Made by a program: the position numbers and the translations under genes | Shown: piece by piece, positions 54,899 through 64,000 of the stretch | Layout of the letters: each line of letters begins with the position of its first letter | Numbering within the stretch: the stretch's first letter is position 1 | IMG/VR virus record: IMGVR_UViG_3300019458_000020 | Location: 1 to 64,000 of that record | Strand: one strand, 5' to 3' | Length of the DNA stretch: 64,000 bases | Notes under the pieces: model-generated | What the model was told of the DNA's origin: nothing | The model's database searches: none | What the model saw: the letters and a program-made list of their open reading frames with translations, nothing else

Positions 54899-57800
54899 TT
54901 ATGCATTCGGGAAAGACGCACCGCTTGGAAGTACATTAAAATCAAGAACAATGAATTCTGCGGTTCTCGTTGGCTTAATGAAAATCTGACCATAGAGAAT
55001 GTTTCTATCAACAATGTCGGCTGTGTTGTTTTCTTCATCCATTTTAACGAAGAAAGCAAACAAACCAGAACGTTGTTGAACCGATTCCATGTAAGGGTTA
55101 ACAATGCTCAAGAATTTGTTTCTAGTAGCAGCTGTATTTTGTTCAAATACCAAGAATTTCGATGTAGAAGCGATAAACTTCTTCAAGTTAATCAACAATC
55201 TACGAACGTTAATTCTATCCAAAGCAGATGCATCGTTTTGTAGAGTCTTTTGACCCCAAACAACAACACCTTGACCTGGGAAGGCAGCAATTGGATTAAC
55301 CTTACCATCATACAGAGTGTCACGTTCTTCGTGAGTAGTTCTATCAGTTACCTGAATTGCCGTTGGGATACCACCACGGTTCAAACCAGCAGGAGCGAAC
55401 CATTCAGCAGCAACCTTGTCGTTAGCAGCATAAACTGCTGGAAGAACAACAGATGGAGGAACCGTTACAACTTTGTTAGTGTTTGTATCAAGGATTTTAA
55501 CCCAAGGATAATAAGCACCGGCGTAGTTGGTATCGTAAGCGGCAGCGTCAGACACAACTTCATCAATCTGACCGGCTGTTGGATTTCCATCATCAACATA
55601 CAAATCCATGATGAAGAAACAATCTCCACGAGCTTCACACATATCAACAACACGTCCGGTGACGTATGGGTGATGTTGGTGAACAATACCTGGAACCACA
55701 ATTAAGTTAATATCGAATTCATCGGAATTTCCTAAAGCGGTGATTGCTTGGTTATAAGCAACCGAACCAGCAGATGAAACCGTAGTACAATCTAATCCTT
55801 GGGTGTTACCAGGTATAATATCTCCACCCACATTAATTGCTGTGGCTGGTGATTGACCATCGAAACCACCTTGGAAACCAACAATGAATTTACGCATCTT
55901 GACGTAAGTGGATTCGTTAGCAGCATCGAATTCGGATGGTACAACGTTACTTCCACTTAGGAAAGAACCAATACCAACACCACCGATTCTGTAATCGTCA
56001 TCCAAAGCGAACGGAATGTTTCTTCCGATAGAACCGTAAGAACCAAACTCAGGCAATGGAGCAAAATATTCCTTATTATCGTCAGATGAACCAATTCCGG
56101 TTGAAGAAGTTGGATACAATCCAGCGAGTTCTACGTCCGCTCCGGTAGGAGCATCATCAAACGTCACGCCGGACGGATATTTGCCAGGATTTAGACCATA
56201 GACTGAAGCTTTGGTGTACTTCATAGCAGGAATCCAATGTCCAGCGCTAGAATTCATAGGAACTGTTAGAGCTTCGAATCCGTAAGGAATTGCTGTTTCA
56301 GGAAGAACCGAATCAGACATTTCGATACGAATATGTTTGCTGTTGTTGGAATACGTTCCAAATTCAATAATCTTACCCTTGAAATCAATGTAATCATATC
56401 TATCACCAATTCTACGAGCAATAAAGTTTGAAGAATTTGGGTCAAGATTTAAGTTATTGAATTGTTCAAGAACAACCGGACGTTTATCGGTATCACTCCA
56501 CCTTCTCAAAGTAAGAGTGAATGAACCCCAATCACTTCCAGGAACAGTTCCAGCCAATTTTACGTTACTAATTTCAATCTTGAACTGTTTGTTCATGATT
56601 GTTCCATCAGCTAACGTATGAACACGGAACAAACGGAATCTCGTTGGGTCTTGACCGGACTGCCAAGGAGCAATCTTTTGTGATAAGAACCAAGGAGTGA
56701 TAGCGTTAGTAATAGAAAATTCACTGTCTCCATTTGTCAAATCATCACTGAATTCATCGGTGAAGTTGAGTGGATCACCGGTGAATTGAGAAGCGTCTGG
56801 AAGAGCACTTCCAGAAACAAACCACTCGGTTCTATTACCATAAATTTCTGCAATAGCATTATTGAACACTTTATACAAGTAAGCAGCCTCAATTTTTTGA
56901 CCAGTCACTTGTAAGTCAGGGTCACCGACAGCAGCATTTAATCCGAATACATTCGTGATATATTTATTACTGGATGGGTTCAATGAGAATTGATATGTTC
57001 CAATAGTAGTCGAACTGTTACTGTTTTTCAACGTTAAGTTGAAATCGGAAGTGATATCCGAAGCATTAGTGTTTGCACTAGCGGTGATTAGTGAAGAATT
57101 CAAGAATCCCGGAGCAATTAAATCATTTATTCCACCAAACAAGGTATCATTCAATACTGCTAAGACTCTCAAATCCACAGTTGAACCGGATGACCACAAG
57201 TTTGTGCAAGGATCGAATGTTGGTTGACCATTTGGTGTGAAGTTACCATTGTATCTACCAAACGAACCGGATAGAACACCAGCCAATTGAATTGTTGGAG
57301 TTCCACAAGAACCAGTCGAAGTATAGAACGAACCACTGATTAGGTGAATAGATAAGAACGGAGCCGCACCACCGTTGTTGAAATTCAACGTCACATCATT
57401 AGCGAAAGAACCTGAAAATGTTCCGGCTGCAATTGAAGCAGAAATACTTGAACCAGTGTACCATGAGGCCGAAGGAGACGTTAATGTAGTAAAGCCCAAA
57501 CTAATGGTTTGTCCAGAATACAATACAGAACCACTTTGAGACGTTTTTGATAATAATGCGTTGTCCGCTGCTTGAGATTGGAACGTTACTGTTACCGATG
57601 CTGAATTCATCGTTAATATATTTGATGAGATGGAAACGCTTTGACTAAATTGTGCTCCGATAGAACCAGATAGAGTAATAAATGAACTACCTGATATTAA
57701 AGCACCAGCAGAACCGTGACGATTCCAAGTTCCTTTTACTGCCCAAAGAACAAATGGGTAATTTTGTTTATATCCAGTCAAACCACCTACACGACACACC

Positions 57801-58069
57801 GTTACAAGACCACGTTCTTTAAGGTATTCAGCGGCAGTATAAGGACCGTAATATACACCATCCGGAACACCGAATTGAGCTTGAAGTTCATTAATATCGG
57901 TAATTAGCTTAGGTGAAAATGCCGGACCTTTTGCGAATGGTGCCACAACAACGGCACCAATGTCAGCAACACCTTGTGCAATACCTGATTGGTCATTCTC
58001 ACGGGTAAATACACCAGGACTCACTATTCTGTCAACTGGACTAAATCTTCCACCTTCTTGGATCGGCAT
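54899..58069 (-). CDS. Contractile tail sheath protein (T4 gp18-like)
   Basis: SPGVFTREND, YYPWV, WFAPAGLNRG, LY...VNPI..FPG.G..VWGQKTL, RINVRRLL, FEQN, I.IKP.RTAEFI. Confidence 0.96.
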   Translation of the reverse strand: MPIQEGGRFSPVDRIVSPGVFTRENDQSGIAQGVADIGAVVVAPFAKGPAFSPKLITDINELQAQFGVPDGVYYGPYTAAEYLKERGLVTVCRVGGLTGYKQNYPFVLWAVKGTWNRHGSAGALISGSSFITLSGSIGAQFSQSVSISSNILTMNSASVTVTFQSQAADNALLSKTSQSGSVLYSGQTISLGFTTLTSPSASWYTGSSISASIAAGTFSGSFANDVTLNFNNGGAAPFLSIHLISGSFYTSTGSCGTPTIQLAGVLSGSFGRYNGNFTPNGQPTFDPCTNLWSSGSTVDLRVLAVLNDTLFGGINDLIAPGFLNSSLITASANTNASDITSDFNLTLKNSNSSTTIGTYQFSLNPSSNKYITNVFGLNAAVGDPDLQVTGQKIEAAYLYKVFNNAIAEIYGNRTEWFVSGSALPDASQFTGDPLNFTDEFSDDLTNGDSEFSITNAITPWFLSQKIAPWQSGQDPTRFRLFRVHTLADGTIMNKQFKIEISNVKLAGTVPGSDWGSFTLTLRRWSDTDKRPVVLEQFNNLNLDPNSSNFIARRIGDRYDYIDFKGKIIEFGTYSNNSKHIRIEMSDSVLPETAIPYGFEALTVPMNSSAGHWIPAMKYTKASVYGLNPGKYPSGVTFDDAPTGADVELAGLYPTSSTGIGSSDDNKEYFAPLPEFGSYGSIGRNIPFALDDDYRIGGVGIGSFLSGSNVVPSEFDAANESTYVKMRKFIVGFQGGFDGQSPATAINVGGDIIPGNTQGLDCTTVSSAGSVAYNQAITALGNSDEFDINLIVVPGIVHQHHPYVTGRVVDMCEARGDCFFIMDLYVDDGNPTAGQIDEVVSDAAAYDTNYAGAYYPWVKILDTNTNKVVTVPPSVVLPAVYAANDKVAAEWFAPAGLNRGGIPTAIQVTDRTTHEERDTLYDGKVNPIAAFPGQGVVVWGQKTLQNDASALDRINVRRLLINLKKFIASTSKFLVFEQNTAATRNKFLSIVNPYMESVQQRSGLFAFFVKMDEENNTADIVDRNILYGQIFIKPTRTAEFIVLDFNVLPSGASFPNA

Positions 58070-58118
58070 ATAAGTTTCCTCTCTTTAGTTCTTTAAACGT
58101 CACGTTTATTTAACTAAA

Positions 58119-58126
58119 TATAAATA
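58119..58126 (-). promoter_or_regulatory. TATTTATA putative late promoter
   Basis: 49 nt upstream of sheath ATG 58069. Confidence 0.6.
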
Positions 58127-58162
58127 TGTCATATTTTTTCAAAAGATAATTCAATTTATTTT

Positions 58163-58747
58163 TTAATTTATATATTTTCTCCACCCTTTATATTGACGAT
58201 ATCTACCCTTATTCACTCCATACATTCCACCCTCATTTAACTTATTTTCCCTACAAAATGATTTTAAATTACGAATTGAAACGACTTCACCAGAAGTAGA
58301 TATAAATCTATGGATTTTTGATTTGGAGTCGGACATTTTCTTCTTGGTTTCCGACGAAAGTTTTTTACCATAACTGGGATTTTTATTTCCCGTTCTTAAC
58401 CTCGATAACAATTTTTTGGTTTTTTTCGACAACCTACGACCCCTAGGGGAAGGTGGTTTGGATGATAAAAAATTAAAATTATAGTATTTCTGTGGTTCCA
58501 CCGAAGCATTAGTTAGATAGAACTGTTCGATTAAAAGCAGAAATGGTTCAAAACACGTTTCTATTACCTTAAATTCAAAATTCTCTTCACCGTGTTTATT
58601 CCATGCGTTTTGAAGATAGGGGTTTTCGTGTATCCCCTTTTTTAACTTCCACCTATGTTTGTAAAACCTTACATCCGTGTTATTCGAAGACCCAACATAT
58701 ATCTTACCGTCAATTCGGTTTACTATATAATAAATCCCACACATCAT
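58163..58747 (-). CDS. GIY-YIG homing endonuclease with NUMOD3
   Basis: CGIYYI.N....KIYVGSS....R...H, H.N..LQNAW.K.G..NF, EQ.Y, YN; GNKNPSYGKKLS.ETKKKMS. Confidence 0.9.
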   Translation of the reverse strand: MMCGIYYIVNRIDGKIYVGSSNNTDVRFYKHRWKLKKGIHENPYLQNAWNKHGEENFEFKVIETCFEPFLLLIEQFYLTNASVEPQKYYNFNFLSSKPPSPRGRRLSKKTKKLLSRLRTGNKNPSYGKKLSSETKKKMSDSKSKIHRFISTSGEVVSIRNLKSFCRENKLNEGGMYGVNKGRYRQYKGWRKYIN

Positions 58748-59022
58748 CTCTTATCTGGAACGAAAACCCCTTCATTTAGGTCGAGAGAACCCTCACCATA
58801 TTTTTTAATTAATTTATCAATTAACTCGTTTTCAGATTTTTTAAGACCCTCCCAATCATCTCTTAATGTCTGTTCCTTGTTTGTAACATTTTTTATAAAT
58901 TCATCCACTTGCATCTTTTCAAGATATAAAAGACCCATTTCAAAGGTTTTACTCTGAAACTTGTCTCTCAAAAGCTTGACTTCAACAAGCTCACTATCGG
59001 TCATTTTCATTGGCTCTGGCAT
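58744..59022 (-). CDS. Small coiled-coil protein (possible fibre chaperone)
   Basis: Helical; ends L.KKYG.G.LDL..G.F.P; lies next to the fibre genes. Confidence 0.55.
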   Translation of the reverse strand: MPEPMKMTDSELVEVKLLRDKFQSKTFEMGLLYLEKMQVDEFIKNVTNKEQTLRDDWEGLKKSENELIDKLIKKYGEGSLDLNEGVFVPDKR

Positions 59023-59060
59023 AACTTTTACTTTCTACGTTTTTACATATATCTTTCAAA

Positions 59061-62000
59061 TTATCTCAATCGAATATATTTAATCGAAGTTAAACTACTT
59101 GATACGACACCACGAGCAGCTGTTACATTTCTCGCAAAAATAGAAGCACTCACGGAACCCGTAACTGTCGTAACATTAGATAAATAGAAATAAACCTTAG
59201 CATTGGTAGCAGGTACATTAGCCATAGGTTCGACGGTTATATCTATATTATTTGTTGTATTTCTTAATTTGGCCCTTACTTCATCTCCTGACGTAGTACC
59301 AACAATTTGAACCATAGCTGTTACCTCGTATGTTCCGGCACCAGGTAATAGAACATCTGTATCACCTTGACCAAAATCCACACGAGCAGAAGTTTGCGTC
59401 AAAGAATAATTCGTTCCAGACCCAGTTACACTACTACATGTAATCAAAGAACAATAAGATGCCGAACCAACAATAGGCCCTTCAAAATAATTTGTATTAT
59501 CTGTTCCTAATTGATATACACCAAACTGCCCCGCGGCGTTAGAAGCAGAAGTTCTATTGATATAAACACCGTATGAAGCAGAATGTGCAACATTTGTTTC
59601 TACAAAAAATCCTGAAGCACTTACGATTGTACCCCTAGAACCAACATTTCTAATTATTGAATTAAACCCTTTTGCATTTATTATTGTACTACTAAATGGA
59701 TTGTTAGTAATAAATCCCTGCATGTTTGTTTGATAACCTACTGAACTTGTTACTGAACAAGACTGATTCAACGTCATTACGGAATTTGCTCCATACACTA
59801 TTGGGAATACTCTTGTTGTTCCTGTTAATGTAGTAAATAAACTTAATGCAGTAATATCACTAGTGATATCTACTGTGTTTTGCAATCCTACCGTGCAACC
59901 TATTTGTGCTCCTATTGCATCTGTATAACTTCCCGTTGTTCCGTTTGTTGATGTATCAGTTTCTACAAGAATGGTTCTAGGAAACGAGGATTGGGAATTC
60001 CTCATAGTAACCTGAAAGAATGTGCTTGGATTTAAAGTACCTAGAGAAATTCTTCCCGTTGATGAAATAGACATCCATCTGTTTTGATTAGCCACAAATG
60101 TTAACAAATTATTGTCTAAAGTTCCCATTGTAGCAGCCGCACCAAAAGAATTCCCGCCTTGTAAAAACGCATTGGAATCTGGTGTCAACTTACTAGCACT
60201 AATAGAATAAGATGATGTAACAGAATTATTTGACCAACTAGATGTTCCGAATAATGTTCCGGTGATTGGACCACGGAAAAAATTATGATCTGAGGTACCC
60301 TCTTGCCATATTCCATACGTGGAAGAAGCGGTTGCTGGATTTAAAAATATCCCGTATGCAGTATCATTTGCTTCATTAAATTGAACAAATAAACCTACAC
60401 TATTACTTACGTAGTTAGCAAATTTTCTACCATCAACATAATAATGATAAAGATTTCCCAGGCTTCCGCTGCCTATAAAATTAGTTTGAGCTGAAAATCC
60501 ATGAGCCGTAGTTGCACTACCAGTGTTTTGAATTTGTGTTATACCCTGTACACCTATCATTAAACTGGCACTCTGATTCCCCTGTATATTAGACCTAGCA
60601 TCTATAGCCGTAGCATACTGTGACGGAGCTGCATTATTTGAAATAGTAGAAACAATAGCGGCACCAACAAATCGTGTACCGTGAGAGTTGGGAGCAACGG
60701 TTATACTCATTCCTTGAGAAAATCCTGAACTTCCCGTTCTAGCATTAGATATACTAACGGCATCAATAGATGCGGTATCTACTTTAGAAACATAAAGGTT
60801 GGCAACAGGATTTGCACCTATACCTACCCATCCAGAACCAGTAGGTTGTATCGTAACCGCTGTGGTATTATTTACCTCTAATTGAAGTGCATTATTATCA
60901 TTCGTTCCTAAAATACCGGCGGCACCAAAAGAATTACCATCCTGAATAAAGGCATTGGAATCTGATGTTAATTTACTAGAGGATACTGCGTATGATGCAC
61001 TAACTGCATTACTAGATGTTCCAAATAAGGATGCTGTAGCATTACCGTTTAAAAAGCTAGAACTTATTGAATTATTTGACCACGAAGATGTAATTTGATA
61101 TGTCGAACCTGTAAACAGTGTAGTTCCCCCCTCACTACTAGGAGAAGATAAGGCAAACGATGCAGTTAAAGCATAAGAAGAACTCACTGCATTACTAGCA
61201 GTACCAAACAATGAAGCAGTGGCATTACCATTCAAGAAGCTGGAGCTTATTGAATTATTAGCCCATGAGGATGTAATTTGATAAGTCGAACCAGTAAATA
61301 ACGTGGTTCCGCCGCCGGCACTCGGTGATGTCAAAGCAAATGAAGCTGTAAGAGAATATGATGAACTAACTGCATTACTTGACGTACCAAATATTGACGC
61401 AGTGGCATTACCATTCAAGAAGCTGGAGCTTATTGAATTTCTCGAATTATTTGCCCAAGAAGCCGTTCCCTCCAAACTTCCACTTTGTCTTACAAATACA
61501 CCCGTTCCTACTCCTGTATATTCTGCTGATGTTAAATGATAATACTCATTAACCTGTCCACCCTGTAGATTAGATAATGCATTGTGATCCGATGCTGGGG
61601 ACGGAGTAAATAAAGTAACAAATGTAGAATCTATTTCTGTTGCTGATGATGCTCCATTTGCTACTATTATTCTTCCTATTAATATAGACAGTCCGGTTTG
61701 TGGAGATAATACATTAGGTAGATTAGCTGGCGGCTGCGACGCCACAGCCTGAAACAAAAGGTAATTACCTGTACCTAATACAACGTAGGTATCCCCACTA
61801 GAAACAGACCTATAAACGAAATTCACCGCATACCTAGTGCCGAAACCGGACAAACTAACTAAATTTGTTCCATCATCATATTGAGTATTGTTGTATTGTG
61901 TAGTTAAAGAACTTGTCCACTCTCCCCCAACATGAAAAAAGAATCGATATGGTGTAGTAAATGTATTTGTAGAAGCGATATCAATCGATGTCGCTCCATA

Positions 62001-62759
62001 CCACACTGTTCCTGATGTGGCTGTTATATATCGGGAACCACTTTCCCCGAGTGCTAATCCAGTTTCCCAAGCAAATCTCCATGTTCGGATGAATCGTTTA
62101 TTGAGCTTATTTCCCATTCCGAATGCCAAATCATCAATGGTAATATATTCAAAAGAATTATAAATAGTTCTATTTATAGTTGCAACGGTAATGATATTTG
62201 TTCCTGTAATTCCTGCTCGATTATCCAGTATATCAAATCGGGGATTGCCGCTATTATAGTCCGCAACTATAAAATAGGTACTTCCTGTCATTGATGCGCT
62301 TAGGGATGCACTCTGAAGGAAATAATTCTTTAGAGTTCCATTCGCTGTAGGTGTGTCAAACAACTGAGCGGAAGCAGAAGATACTAAAATGATGTTACCT
62401 GTTAATTCAAGAGTTGGTTGGTTAGTTAATCCTGCATTAATCAATAATACCGGTCCAGGAATAATGTGAGAAGATGATAATGCATACGATGCCGACAACG
62501 ACGTAGGTGAAAACGTAGAGTATGATGATGAAATAGATAAACTTGATGTCGTGGAGAAACTAGATGATACAGAAATTAAAGTATTACTTGAAGTACCAAA
62601 AAGAGACGATGTTATAGATGTAGCATAAATATTTCTCCAATTTAGAGAAGAAGAACCAAAGTCAAAAGCATTATTAACCGTTGGTATCAAAGATCCCGAA
62701 CGGTTTAATACGTTCCTTTGTAAATTATCTCTATAAGATGCTGTATTTACATTCGACAT
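59061..62759 (-). CDS. Tail fibre/spike-like Ser/Thr-rich repeat protein
   Basis: SSSY/ASFA/SSWA repeats, HN.L.NLQGG...YYHLT motif, duplicated GNSFGAA modules. Confidence 0.75.
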   Translation of the reverse strand: MSNVNTASYRDNLQRNVLNRSGSLIPTVNNAFDFGSSSLNWRNIYATSITSSLFGTSSNTLISVSSSFSTTSSLSISSSYSTFSPTSLSASYALSSSHIIPGPVLLINAGLTNQPTLELTGNIILVSSASAQLFDTPTANGTLKNYFLQSASLSASMTGSTYFIVADYNSGNPRFDILDNRAGITGTNIITVATINRTIYNSFEYITIDDLAFGMGNKLNKRFIRTWRFAWETGLALGESGSRYITATSGTVWYGATSIDIASTNTFTTPYRFFFHVGGEWTSSLTTQYNNTQYDDGTNLVSLSGFGTRYAVNFVYRSVSSGDTYVVLGTGNYLLFQAVASQPPANLPNVLSPQTGLSILIGRIIVANGASSATEIDSTFVTLFTPSPASDHNALSNLQGGQVNEYYHLTSAEYTGVGTGVFVRQSGSLEGTASWANNSRNSISSSFLNGNATASIFGTSSNAVSSSYSLTASFALTSPSAGGGTTLFTGSTYQITSSWANNSISSSFLNGNATASLFGTASNAVSSSYALTASFALSSPSSEGGTTLFTGSTYQITSSWSNNSISSSFLNGNATASLFGTSSNAVSASYAVSSSKLTSDSNAFIQDGNSFGAAGILGTNDNNALQLEVNNTTAVTIQPTGSGWVGIGANPVANLYVSKVDTASIDAVSISNARTGSSGFSQGMSITVAPNSHGTRFVGAAIVSTISNNAAPSQYATAIDARSNIQGNQSASLMIGVQGITQIQNTGSATTAHGFSAQTNFIGSGSLGNLYHYYVDGRKFANYVSNSVGLFVQFNEANDTAYGIFLNPATASSTYGIWQEGTSDHNFFRGPITGTLFGTSSWSNNSVTSSYSISASKLTPDSNAFLQGGNSFGAAATMGTLDNNLLTFVANQNRWMSISSTGRISLGTLNPSTFFQVTMRNSQSSFPRTILVETDTSTNGTTGSYTDAIGAQIGCTVGLQNTVDITSDITALSLFTTLTGTTRVFPIVYGANSVMTLNQSCSVTSSVGYQTNMQGFITNNPFSSTIINAKGFNSIIRNVGSRGTIVSASGFFVETNVAHSASYGVYINRTSASNAAGQFGVYQLGTDNTNYFEGPIVGSASYCSLITCSSVTGSGTNYSLTQTSARVDFGQGDTDVLLPGAGTYEVTAMVQIVGTTSGDEVRAKLRNTTNNIDITVEPMANVPATNAKVYFYLSNVTTVTGSVSASIFARNVTAARGVVSSSLTSIKYIRLR
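60990..61440 (-). repeat. 183-nt (61-aa) tandem repeat, about 2.5 copies
   Basis: 41 nt identical at 61216-61256 and 61399-61439; a synonymously diverged copy at 61033-61073. Confidence 0.9.
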
Positions 62760-62807
62760 AGATGTTATAAAATGATATTAATATATAGGTAATTCCTAAA
62801 ACATTTA

Positions 62808-63737
62808 TTATGCTATTGAACAAGATCCCATAATATCATATACCAATATGGCACTAGGAATATCATAATTTCCAGAAAGAATAAATTGTAAACCAAAATT
62901 AGCACTTCCTGTAGCAACACCAGGGTCAAATATCTGTGATGAAATTGTCCGTCCACCAGCGTTATTATTAGTTTCATTTATAATAACGCCCGGTTGAGTA
63001 GAGGCAGTATCAAACGTTCCTTTCTGTAAAAGGAAATCAGCAACATATCCAATAGGTCCAACTCCCGGCCAAGCATTACCACAGATAGATAATTTTATAT
63101 AAGCACTTTGATTTGCTGCTAAACTAATCGTCAAAGCATTTGTATAAGATGATGTCGTTAAAGAAATTGTCTTAAATCCTCTTTGTGTATATTGATTGAA
63201 TAATACCGATGCTGTATTTGATAAATTAGAACTGCCAGCTGATGTAGCAAATAAAGCAAAACTTGAAGATAATGCATTTACTGAATGACTTGATGTTAGA
63301 GAATTAATTGCGTGACTTGCAGTTAAAGCATTTACCGCATGGCTAGAGGATAGAGACCCGATGGCATGAGACGCTGTGATTGCCCAACTTGCGGTAACTT
63401 GATAAGTTCCTGGAATAAGATAGGAAGCCGTATAAGCACTTGTTGCAAAGGATGACGATGTTGCGGTTTGGGAATGAACGGCATTACTTGCGGATTGTGC
63501 CCAACTTGAAGTAATAGCATACGTTCCTGGTATTAAATAAGATGCCGTGGCAGAAGTTGCAACACTTCCACTAATCTGTCCTGTTACAAAGACACTTTGA
63601 ACAAAAATATTTCTCCACTGCAAACTCGAAGTACCTAAATCATAAACTTGGTCTTGGGCCGGATTTAACGAACTCGAAAATCTCGACGAAGAAAGTGGTA
63701 TGTTATTTGAAAAAATTGGTCGATTTACATTTGCCAT
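62808..63737 (-). CDS. Tail fibre-like protein with 9-residue xASxA repeats
   Basis: YDLGTSSLQWRNIF motif; TASYLIPGTY twice; TASHA/SSSHA repeats. Confidence 0.7.
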   Translation of the reverse strand: MANVNRPIFSNNIPLSSSRFSSSLNPAQDQVYDLGTSSLQWRNIFVQSVFVTGQISGSVATSATASYLIPGTYAITSSWAQSASNAVHSQTATSSSFATSAYTASYLIPGTYQVTASWAITASHAIGSLSSSHAVNALTASHAINSLTSSHSVNALSSSFALFATSAGSSNLSNTASVLFNQYTQRGFKTISLTTSSYTNALTISLAANQSAYIKLSICGNAWPGVGPIGYVADFLLQKGTFDTASTQPGVIINETNNNAGGRTISSQIFDPGVATGSANFGLQFILSGNYDIPSAILVYDIMGSCSIA

Positions 63738-63751
63738 ATTTAACCTTTATT

Positions 63752-64000
63752 TTATAAAATTGAATTAATTTCCCCTCTTATCTCATACGCTATTATAGCA
63801 TTATTGAAATTAAAATTACCCTCTACAATGTATTGAATAATAATATCCGCTGCACCAGCTACAGGTCCAGGGTCAACAATCTGTGATAAAATTCTTCTTG
63901 CACCTTTATTATTGTTATCTTCTCTAATAATTACGCCGGGTTGAGTTTCGGTATCTGTCAACGTTCCTTTCTGAAGGAAATATTCCGATACATAACCAAC
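63752..64000 (-). CDS. 3' end of a truncated paralog of the 62808..63737 fibre protein
   Basis: Frame is open to the window edge: VGYVSEYFLQKGTLTDTETQPGVII aligns with IGYVADFLLQKGTFDTASTQPGVII. Confidence 0.8.
   Translation of the reverse strand, partial: VGYVSEYFLQKGTLTDTETQPGVIIREDNNNKGARRILSQIVDPGPVAGAADIIIQYIVEGNFNFNNAIIAYEIRGEINSIL

Noticed and set aside
20289-58126. Canonical T4 late promoters TATAAATA on the + strand
   Set aside because: They would point away from the adjacent genes, and + strand genes carry TATTTATT in sense, so the functional orientation appears to be TATTTATW.
60990-61440. Diversity-generating retroelement TR/VR pair in the fibre gene
   Set aside because: The copies are in-frame tandem coding repeats differing mostly at synonymous positions, not adenine-specific, and no reverse transcriptase is present in the window.
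1-64000. Stop-codon reassignment
   Set aside because: The gene stops I checked are TAA or TGA, but ORFs tile the sequence intact under the standard code and conserved genes are not broken by in-frame TAG.
1-64000. tRNA, rRNA or CRISPR array
   Set aside because: Intergenic gaps are short and none shows a cloverleaf or regularly spaced repeats; the 51872-51994 repeats are too short and irregular.

Overview
This 64 kb window is AT-rich (roughly one-third GC) and densely coding. It looks like part of a large lytic dsDNA phage with a contractile tail and a T4-like gene repertoire. I saw no host housekeeping context, tRNA, rRNA or CRISPR array. From left to right: (1) 0.2-10.6 kb, a glycan island with five glycosyltransferase-like genes, two sugar methyltransferases, RmlA, RmlB and a bifunctional epimerase/reductase. 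(2) 10.8-21 kb, two DUF4338/DruA-like and one Mom-like GNAT-fold genes, a dNMP kinase, a clamp-loader-like subunit, a MoxR-VWA pair and small proteins sharing an N-terminal leader. (3) 21.8-34 kb, a replication block with an intein-containing class II RNR, DnaB/gp41 helicase, 5'-3' exonuclease, RecA/UvsX, gp32-like SSB and a minimal family A polymerase. (4) 34-64 kb, tail genes (hub, LysM wedge, tube initiator, tape measure, chaperones, tube, sheath, fibres) interleaved with homing endonucleases and an 8 kb accessory island between sheath and tube. Two promoter classes are visible: TTGACN-17-TANNNT before replication/early genes and TATTTATW before structural/late genes. Best leads: a candidate virion glycosylation system (sugar island plus dense [S/T]-G-S motifs in sheath and fibres); a family of putative capsid-packaged cargo proteins and polyproteins with a shared helical leader ending in I/L/V-x-E; a trio of Mom/DruA-like enzymes; a probable +1 frameshift in the tail chaperone; and an origin/ncRNA-like element at 51.8-52.0 kb. 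All family calls come from motif recognition by eye, with no database search.
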